Assembly: GCA_001661245.1 (NCBI GenBank)
Contig: KV454012.1
Coordinates: 526,147 to 590,146, forward strand
Length of the DNA: 64,000 nt
Source of the DNA: Pachysolen tannophilus NRRL Y-2460
Taxonomy: Eukaryota
Direction: 5' to 3'
The translations under genes and the position numbers were made by a program. Positions 56,396-64,000 of the stretch are shown here, one piece after another (the first letter of the stretch is position 1; every line of letters begins with the position of its first letter). The notes under the pieces were generated by a model. That model made no database searches. It had not been told where the DNA came from and saw only the letters and a program-made list of their open reading frames with translations.

Positions 56396-58219
56396 ATGAG
56401 CGCTAGAAATTCACAAGAAGAAGATAGACCTTCATTGAATTATGCCGATGTTGAGAAATTCTCATCACTCGAAGATTCTCGTGCTGAAAATGATACTGAT
56501 AATATAGAGGAAACTGGACCTGTTAAAAATATAGAAGAGGATCAAAAGGATGAAGGGAACGTTGTTATGTATGATGAGAATGGTGAGGCTTTTAATGAAG
56601 CTGATGCTGGTGATGGTACAAAAGTTTCAGATCATTATCTGCACGGTCTGAAATTAATTCTTAATGTTATTTCCTGTATATTATGTTTATTCTTAGTGGC
56701 ATTGGATCAAACAATTATTGCTACTTTATTAACCGATGTTGGAGATCAATTTAATGATTTTTCTCAAGTTACTTGGATTTCTTCAGGTTTTCTCTTGGCA
56801 ATGTGTGTGGTTGCTGCTATTTGGGGTAAACTTTCTATAATTTTTGGAAGAAAATGGACATTATACGCGTCAATTGCATTATTTGAAGGTGGTTCATTAA
56901 TGGCTGCTTTAGCAAACACAATGAATATCTTGATTGGTGGAAGAGTCATGTCTGGAGTTGGTGGAGGTGGTATTCAAGCAATGGTATTCATCATTGTTAC
57001 AGAATTGGTTCCTATTTCTAGAAGACCATTACTTATGGCTGCAATGTCATGTACTTTTGCTGTTGCAAGTGTATTGGGTCCAATTATTGGAGGTGCATTC
57101 ACATCCCATGTCACTTGGAGATGGTGTTTTTATATCAATTTACCAATAAGTGCAGTTTCCTTAATTTTCATGTTTTTCGTTTATAACCCTCCAAGACCAA
57201 AAGGTGATTTTATTGCAAAATTGAAAATGATTGATTATTTAGGAGTTTTCTTGATGGCTTCTAGTTTAGTCTTGATATTATTGGCCTTAACTTTTGGTGG
57301 TGTAGAATATCCTTGGAGATCAGCAGCAGTTATATGTTGTTTTGTCATTGGTGGGTTGCTTTGGATTGTCTTTTGTATCTGGAATTTCAAATTTTCTAAA
57401 AATCCAATCATCCCATTATCCGTTGTTAGAGTTCCTCAATTGAATGCTTCTGCATTCACAGGTGGTTTCATGTTTATGTACTTTATGGCGCTGTTCATAT
57501 ATGTTAACATATATTTCCAAGTTGTTAGAGGTCTGGATGCTTGGCATTCAGGTATTGACTCGTTACCATTCATCATCACTGTTGTTATCTGCTCAATGTC
57601 CAGTGGTATACTTGTAGGAAAGACAAGATACGTTAAACCTTATTCCCTCTTTGGTGCTCTTTGTGGACCAATTGGTTGTGGTTTACTTTGTTTATTAAAA
57701 GTAGACTCTTCATCAAGTAATAGAATTGGTTTATTAATACTCGCCGGTGTTGGAGTTGGGCTCTTATTACAAACTTCAATGATTTCAGCTCAGCTTGTTG
57801 CTCCAAAGACAGAAGGTGGATTGATTTTAACAACAACTTTCTGTAACTTTGTCAGAGCTTTTGGAGGTGCCCTTGGTTCAGATTTAAGTGAAACTGTATT
57901 CACATCATCTGCGATCACAAAGATAGATGCAATGATTGCTGCAAATAAAGACACTGTTGATTTGAGTTCATTAGAAAGTATTGATATTTCTTCATTAATA
58001 AGTTCACCTGATCAAATTGACGCTTTAAGCACCGAAATTCAACTGCTTTTGAAAAACTGTATCATGGAAAGTATAAGAAATGTATTTTATATGTGTATTG
58101 GTATTGCTGGTCTTGCATTCATCTGTTCTTTGTTTATCACCAATAAACGTCTTCCACTGAAAGCTCCAAAGATTACCAACGATAAGGAAAAGGATGCGGA
58201 GAAGGAAGCCACACCGTAA
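56396..58219 (+). CDS. 14-TM DHA2 drug:H+ antiporter (Sge1/Azr1/Vba family), copy 1
   Basis: LFLVALDQTI, WGKLSIIFGRK, GRVMSGVGGGG, motif C LGPIIGGAFT, WRWCFYINLP, IYFQVVRG; 607 aa. Confidence 0.92.
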   Translation: MSARNSQEEDRPSLNYADVEKFSSLEDSRAENDTDNIEETGPVKNIEEDQKDEGNVVMYDENGEAFNEADAGDGTKVSDHYLHGLKLILNVISCILCLFLVALDQTIIATLLTDVGDQFNDFSQVTWISSGFLLAMCVVAAIWGKLSIIFGRKWTLYASIALFEGGSLMAALANTMNILIGGRVMSGVGGGGIQAMVFIIVTELVPISRRPLLMAAMSCTFAVASVLGPIIGGAFTSHVTWRWCFYINLPISAVSLIFMFFVYNPPRPKGDFIAKLKMIDYLGVFLMASSLVLILLALTFGGVEYPWRSAAVICCFVIGGLLWIVFCIWNFKFSKNPIIPLSVVRVPQLNASAFTGGFMFMYFMALFIYVNIYFQVVRGLDAWHSGIDSLPFIITVVICSMSSGILVGKTRYVKPYSLFGALCGPIGCGLLCLLKVDSSSSNRIGLLILAGVGVGLLLQTSMISAQLVAPKTEGGLILTTTFCNFVRAFGGALGSDLSETVFTSSAITKIDAMIAANKDTVDLSSLESIDISSLISSPDQIDALSTEIQLLLKNCIMESIRNVFYMCIGIAGLAFICSLFITNKRLPLKAPKITNDKEKDAEKEATP

Positions 58220-58867
58220 AGGAAAAACAACTTTATTAATAATAAGCTACAATACATGATACATTAATTACATACTCTGACCAAATAATCTATCTTCTTG
58301 GTCATGGTAAATAAGGATGAACGCGTTTCAAGTATTCTAAGCCCAAGTAATTTGACAATTTAACCTCTCAAATGCACGTTTGTATTATTGTAGGAGTTAT
58401 TTGGTTTTCTCTGTTTAGGTTTGCAGGGGTTTAGCAAATCTTTGCTGACAAAATACACAAAATACACAAAATACTGATGAGTCTTGACTAGTCTTGAACT
58501 GACTACTTTTCAATATTATTTCAAAAGGTAATTTAACGGTGTCTCAAACTTTGGAGATAGGTGTTAAATAAATGAATGAAAAAATACACAAAAAAGGTCA
58601 AAAAAACGGAGTTTTTTAAGTTATCTCCGACCTCCGATGGCACACTTAACGAAGCTAAAAAAAAAAAAAGAAAGAAAGAAAGCTTACTAAAGATATCAAC
58701 AGTATATAGTTATTGTTTTCTTTAGTAAGCAACGAAAAGATGTGAGAAAGAGGTACATATATTTATATTGAGTAGGTTTGTGTTGGAAAAATGAAAGTAG
58801 AGAGAAGTGTTAAGTTTATTGTACTGCGAAAATACTACTGTTTATTGAGCGGAAGAAATTGAGCAAG

Positions 58868-60691
58868 ATGAGTGTTAGAAATTCACAAGAAGAATATGGA
58901 CCTTCATTGGGTTCTGCTGATGTTGAGGAAATGTCATCTCTAGAAAATTCTCGTGCAGATAATGAGATTGAAAATGTAGAGAAGACTGGGCCTGTCAATA
59001 ATATCGAAGAAGAGCACAATGATGATGAGAAAGCTATTATGTATGATGAGAATGGGGAGGCTTTCAACGAAGCCGATGCTGGTGATGGTACAAAAGTTTC
59101 AGAGCATCACCTACATGGCCTGAGGTTAATTCTTAATGTCATTTCCTGTATCTTATGTTTATTCTTGGCAGCGTTGGACCAAACCATCATTGCTACTTTA
59201 TTAACCGATGTTGGAGATCAATTTAATGATTTTTCTCAAGTTACTTGGATTTCTTCAGGTTTCCTCTTGGCAATGTGTGTGGTTTCAGCTATTTGGGGTA
59301 AACTTTCTATAATTTTTGGAAGAAAAATATCCTTATATGCAGCGATTATATTATTTGAAGGTGGTTCATTAATGGCTGCTTTAGCAAACACAATGAATAT
59401 CTTGATTGGTGGAAGAGTCATGTCTGGAGTTGGTGGAGGTGGTATTCAGGCAATGGTATTCATTATTGTTACAGAATTGGTTCCTATTTCTAGAAGACCA
59501 ATCCTTATGGCTGCAATATCATGTACATATGCCATTGCAAGTGTATTGGGACCAATTATTGGAGGCGCTTTCACATCCCATGTCACTTGGAGATGGTGTT
59601 TTTATATCAATTTACCAATAAGTGCAGTTTCATTGATATTCTTATTTTTCGTTTATAACCCTCCAAGACCAAAAGGTGATTTAATTACAAAATTGAAAAT
59701 GATTGATTATTTAGGAGTTTTCTTGATGGCTTCTAGTTTAGTCTTAATATTATTGGCTTTAACTTTTGGTGGCATACAATATCCTTGGAGGTCAGCAGCA
59801 GTTATATGTTGTTTTGTCATTGGTGGGTTGCTTTGGATTATTTTTTGTATTTGGAATTTCAAATTTTCTAAAAATCCAATCATCCCATTATCCGTTGTTA
59901 GAGTTCCTCAATTGAATGCTTCTGCATTCACAGGTGGTTTCATGTTTATGTATTTTATGGCACTGTTCATATATGTTAACATATATTTCCAAGTTGTTAG
60001 AGGTCTGGATGCATGGCATTCCGGTATCGACTCATTACCATTCATCATCACTGTTGTTATCTGTTCAATCTCAAGTGGTATACTTGTTGGGAAGACAAGA
60101 TATGTTAAACCTTTCAGTGTATTTGGTGGTCTCTGTGGACCAATTGGTTGTGGTTTACTTTGTTTATTAAAAGTAGACTCTTCATCAAGTGATAAAATTG
60201 GTTTATTAATATTAGCTGGTGTTGGAGTTGGTCTCTTATTACAAACTTCAATGATTACAGCTCAACTTGTTGCTCCAAAGACAGAAGGTGGATTGATTTT
60301 AACAACAACTTTCTGTAATTTTATAAGATCTTTTGGAGGTGCCCTTGGTTCAGATTTAAGTGAAACTGTATTCACATCATCTGCAATTACAAAGATAGAT
60401 GCAATGATTGCTGCAAATAAAGACACTGTTGATTTAAGTTCATTAGAAAGTATTGATATTTCTTCATTAATAAGTTCACCTGATCAAATTGACGCTTTAA
60501 GCACCGAAATTCAACTGCTTTTGAAAAATTGTATCATGGAAAGTATAAGAAATGTATTTTATATGTGTATTGATATTGCCGGTCTTGCATTCATCTGTTC
60601 TTTATTTATTACTAATAAACGACTTCCGCTGAAAGCCCCAAAGATTACCAACGATAAGGAAAAGGATCCGGAGAAGGAAGCTACGCCGTAA
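58868..60691 (+). CDS. 14-TM DHA2 drug:H+ antiporter, tandem copy 2
   Basis: ATG at 58868 gives 607 aa, colinear with copy 1 at an offset of 2472 bp, with scattered substitutions. Confidence 0.92.
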   Translation: MSVRNSQEEYGPSLGSADVEEMSSLENSRADNEIENVEKTGPVNNIEEEHNDDEKAIMYDENGEAFNEADAGDGTKVSEHHLHGLRLILNVISCILCLFLAALDQTIIATLLTDVGDQFNDFSQVTWISSGFLLAMCVVSAIWGKLSIIFGRKISLYAAIILFEGGSLMAALANTMNILIGGRVMSGVGGGGIQAMVFIIVTELVPISRRPILMAAISCTYAIASVLGPIIGGAFTSHVTWRWCFYINLPISAVSLIFLFFVYNPPRPKGDLITKLKMIDYLGVFLMASSLVLILLALTFGGIQYPWRSAAVICCFVIGGLLWIIFCIWNFKFSKNPIIPLSVVRVPQLNASAFTGGFMFMYFMALFIYVNIYFQVVRGLDAWHSGIDSLPFIITVVICSISSGILVGKTRYVKPFSVFGGLCGPIGCGLLCLLKVDSSSSDKIGLLILAGVGVGLLLQTSMITAQLVAPKTEGGLILTTTFCNFIRSFGGALGSDLSETVFTSSAITKIDAMIAANKDTVDLSSLESIDISSLISSPDQIDALSTEIQLLLKNCIMESIRNVFYMCIDIAGLAFICSLFITNKRLPLKAPKITNDKEKDPEKEATP

Positions 60692-61357
60692 AGGGGAAGA
60701 AATCCTAATAATATTTTTACATTACATTATACATTTGTATTACACTCTCACGCTCGGAATAGAATAAACAGAACATGTTTGTTATAGTTGTTTTATTTAT
60801 GTATGCGTTTCTTACAAAAGAGGTGGAAAAAAAAAGAAAAAAAAGAAAAAAAAATAAACATGGGTTTATGCTGCTAAATTAAATAGTTTGTTTTTTTTAT
60901 TTTTTTGTGTTTTTTTTTTGTTTCCGTTATAATATAATAATATCCAGCTTCTTTATAAAGTATGACTTGATTTTTTATTTAATAATAGTAATTATTAATA
61001 TACAGTCTTTTTTTCCAAAAAACAAAAAAAAAAAAAAAATAGCCGATCTGTAGGTCACTGTACTTCTTAATTGTTAAAAATGGAAAAATTCGTAAAACTG
61101 ACATCCTTTCAAAAGATAGTTCCAGGATAAATTATTTTTTTAAAGTTTTAAGTTCTTACTAATGACATTATAATATCACAATAATCAATAACAAACAGCT
61201 GAGAAAAAAAAAAAGAATTGGAAAAAAAAAAACTTTCCAGATTTCTAGATCTCAGTGTCCCCCGTAAACACCACATACAAGTAAGAATAGAAAAAAAAAG
61301 AAAAAAAAAAAAAATACCGTGATGCAGTAATTATGCTTAATTCATGGGGGTGGGTTA

Positions 61358-61602
61358 CGGAGAAAAATTCTTTTATACTTCTTAGATTGTAAAATATAAG
61401 GAAAATAGTCTTCCGAAACGTCATTATCTTAAAAGGTGAGAATCTTAGTAAAAAATTGGAAAATTTGACTGCATAAAAAGTCATCCAAGGTATTCGGAAA
61501 ACGTTCTGCGTTTTAATAATAAATTTTTTTTATATTTATTTTTTAAATATTATGCATGTCGGTCGATCTCCAGATTTAAATTGTTTTAAAGAATACGGAA
61601 CA
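61358..61602. promoter_or_regulatory. Cluster of Rgt1-type CGGANNA sites upstream of the hexose transporter
   Basis: CGGAGAA at 61358, TCTTCCG (reverse) at 61409, CGGAAAA at 61495, CGGAACA at 61596. Confidence 0.55.
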
Positions 61603-62002
61603 CGGTACTTTGAATTTGAATTTTCCCTAAATTTAGTACTAAAATCTTAACATTCTTTGATTTAATGCTGCTTTCAATCATGCCTCTATGCTTGTAAAGA
61701 AAGTAGTTATGATTATTTATTTTTTTGAGTTTTTTTTTTTAATCTGACCATATTGGATTGTAAGTGATGAAAAAAATGGTTTGTAGTTGTTCGAAACTTT
61801 AGTTTATCGATTGTAATGACCATCTAATTTGTAGCATATAAAAATGATGAATAATTCCATTCAAATTGAAGTAAATTTTTTTTTATTTTCATTAGTTGTT
61901 TATATTATCAAACAATAATAAAGATAAAGAGAATATATATATATTAAAAGAAAAATAAGATTAGTTTATAACAAATAAGAGTTAATATAATATAATATAA
62001 AG

Positions 62003-63688
62003 ATGTCACAAGTCGACACAGAAAATTTGTCATCGGCTCAAACGCCAGTTAACGATGATTTACAAGCCAAAACGGAAAATAACGAACAACCTTTGGCTAA
62101 ACATGATACAGTGCATAAGTTGATTGCCAAAAGACCACTGTCCAAATATTTAGGTGTTGCCATTGAATGTTTATTAGTTGCATTTGGTGGTTTTGTCTTT
62201 GGTTGGGATACCGGTACTATTGGTGGTTTTACTAATATGTCCGATTATAAAGATAGATTTGGTTCAAGACATTCTGATGGTACTGCATATCTTTCAAATG
62301 TCAGAACAGGTTTATTAGTTTCTATTTTCAATATTGGTTGTGCTATTGGTGGTTTAACATTAGCTAGATCTGGTGATATGTACGGTAGGAAAAACGGTTT
62401 AATTATTACCTTAATTGTTTATATCATTGGTATTATTATTCAAATTGCTTCAGTAAGTAAATGGTACCAATATTTCATTGGTAGGATTATTTCAGGTCTT
62501 GGTGTTGGTTCTATTGCAGTTTTATGTCCAATGTTTATTGCTGAAGCTTCTCCACGTCAAGTCAGAGGTGTCTTGGTTACTTCTTATCAATTGATGATTA
62601 CCTTGGGTATATTCTTGGGTTATTGTACTAATTATGGTACTAAATCTTATTCAAACTCAGTTCAATGGAGAGTTCCATTAGGTTTATGTTTTGCATGGGC
62701 TTTATTAATGATCTGGGGTTTAACTTTTATGCCAGAATCTCCAAGATATTTATGTAAAGTTGGTAGAATTGATGATGCAAAGAAATCTATTTCAAAAGTA
62801 AATAAAGTTCCATTAGATGATCCATTTGTTGATTCTGAAATTGATGTTATTATGGCAGGTATTGAACGTGAAAAATTAGCTGGTAATGCATCGTGGAAAG
62901 AATTATTTGTTGGTAAGCCAAGGATTTTCTACAGAGTCTTTATGGGTGTTATGATGCAATCATTACAACAATTAACTGGTGATAACTATTTCTTCTATTA
63001 TGGTACCACCATTTTCACTGCTGTTGGTTTAAGTGATTCATTTGAAACTTCTATTATTTTAGGTTTGGTTAATTTGGTTTCTACTTTTATTAGTTTCTAT
63101 GTCATTGGTAGATTTACAAGAAGACAAGCATTAATGTGGGGTTCAGCTGGTATGGTAGCTTGTTTAGTTGTTTATGCTTCTGTTGGTGTTACAAGATTGT
63201 GGCCTAATGGTTATAGTGCAGGTACAACATCTAAAGGTGCAGGTAACTGTATGATTGTCTTTGCATGTTTCTTCATTGTCTGTTTTGCAACAACATGGGG
63301 TCCAGGTGTATATGTCGTTATTTCCGAAACATTCCCATTAAGAATCAGACAAAAAGGTATGGCCGTTGCAACTGCAGCAAACTGGATCTGGGGTTTCTTA
63401 ATCAGTTTCTTCACACCGTTTATTACCACTGATATTCATTTCGCTTATGGTTATGTCTTCATGGGATGTTTAGTCTTCTCATGGTTCTTTGTTGGTTCTA
63501 TTGTCTATGAAACTAAAGATTTAAGTTTAGAAGATGTTGATATCTTATATTCATCTTCAGTTAAACCATGGAATTCTACAGCTTGGGTTCGTGAGAGAAT
63601 TGCAAACTCTGAAAAGACAGAACAAGAAAAATCTGTACAAGAAAAAAGTTCTGAAACTGAAAACGAAAATGCTAATGAATCAGTTTAA
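62003..63688 (+). CDS. Hexose transporter (HXT/GAL2-like sugar porter)
   Basis: [66 protein letters not shown]. Confidence 0.95.
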   Translation: MSQVDTENLSSAQTPVNDDLQAKTENNEQPLAKHDTVHKLIAKRPLSKYLGVAIECLLVAFGGFVFGWDTGTIGGFTNMSDYKDRFGSRHSDGTAYLSNVRTGLLVSIFNIGCAIGGLTLARSGDMYGRKNGLIITLIVYIIGIIIQIASVSKWYQYFIGRIISGLGVGSIAVLCPMFIAEASPRQVRGVLVTSYQLMITLGIFLGYCTNYGTKSYSNSVQWRVPLGLCFAWALLMIWGLTFMPESPRYLCKVGRIDDAKKSISKVNKVPLDDPFVDSEIDVIMAGIEREKLAGNASWKELFVGKPRIFYRVFMGVMMQSLQQLTGDNYFFYYGTTIFTAVGLSDSFETSIILGLVNLVSTFISFYVIGRFTRRQALMWGSAGMVACLVVYASVGVTRLWPNGYSAGTTSKGAGNCMIVFACFFIVCFATTWGPGVYVVISETFPLRIRQKGMAVATAANWIWGFLISFFTPFITTDIHFAYGYVFMGCLVFSWFFVGSIVYETKDLSLEDVDILYSSSVKPWNSTAWVRERIANSEKTEQEKSVQEKSSETENENANESV

Positions 63689-64000
63689 AAAAGAAAAAGA
63701 TTAGTTTAATCAACCTAGTCTTTTTGTGTTTTTGTTTTCTGTTTTTGTTATTCTTGTTGTTGTTTTATTTTTTAATTCGTTCCTCATACCTTGAATATGA
63801 ATAGCATGGGGAACTCTATAAGACAGTTTTGATAAGTTTTTTTAATGCGGTCAAAAATTTAATTTTTTAATTAATTATTTTTTTAGGGTTCTCTTTTTTA
63901 TTTTTCTTTATTTCCAATTTTTTTTATAAGTAATCCTCTTAATGATGATGGCCGTTATGATTTAGATTTTATTTAAAATAATAATAATAATTATATAATT

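Noticed and set aside
4044..63429. Many 60-130 aa antisense or out-of-frame ORFs nested in real genes
   Set aside because: Shadow ORFs from codon bias and low-complexity coding repeats; no recognisable motifs.

Overview
AT-rich budding-yeast (Saccharomycotina) chromosomal segment with about 23 protein genes, one tRNA-Glu(UUC) and a 200-N scaffold gap. Gene order: PPN1, an orphan single-TM protein, an alpha/beta hydrolase, MCM4, tRNA-Glu, EXO1, a CUE-AlkB-zinc-finger dioxygenase, SFB3-like, DER1, BTS1, YPL071C-like, NBA1/NIS1-like, PSP1, YML6, intron-containing RPS18, an orphan, YPK1, an atypical Ras, an allantoate-family MFS, SIZ1, a gephyrin/CnxE Moco enzyme, RUP1, two tandem DHA2 drug pumps and an HXT transporter. 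The strongest hidden signal is that in-frame CTG codons repeatedly occupy positions where homologs have Ala or Gly. This points to the CUG=Ala code (table 26, Pachysolen-type yeasts), so the supplied translations are wrong at CTG; the code is known biology, not new. The best candidates for something undescribed are a 49-codon in-frame extension with (GSNAT)x4 repeats behind a TAG-CAA stop of the Moco gene, a Ras with degenerate G2/G3/G4 boxes, a structured segment in the RPS18 intron, and two orphan proteins. Two apparent frameshifts and the SIZ1 duplication are most likely assembly artefacts. No mobile elements or CRISPR arrays were seen. Homolog comparisons come from recalled family motifs, not from searches.
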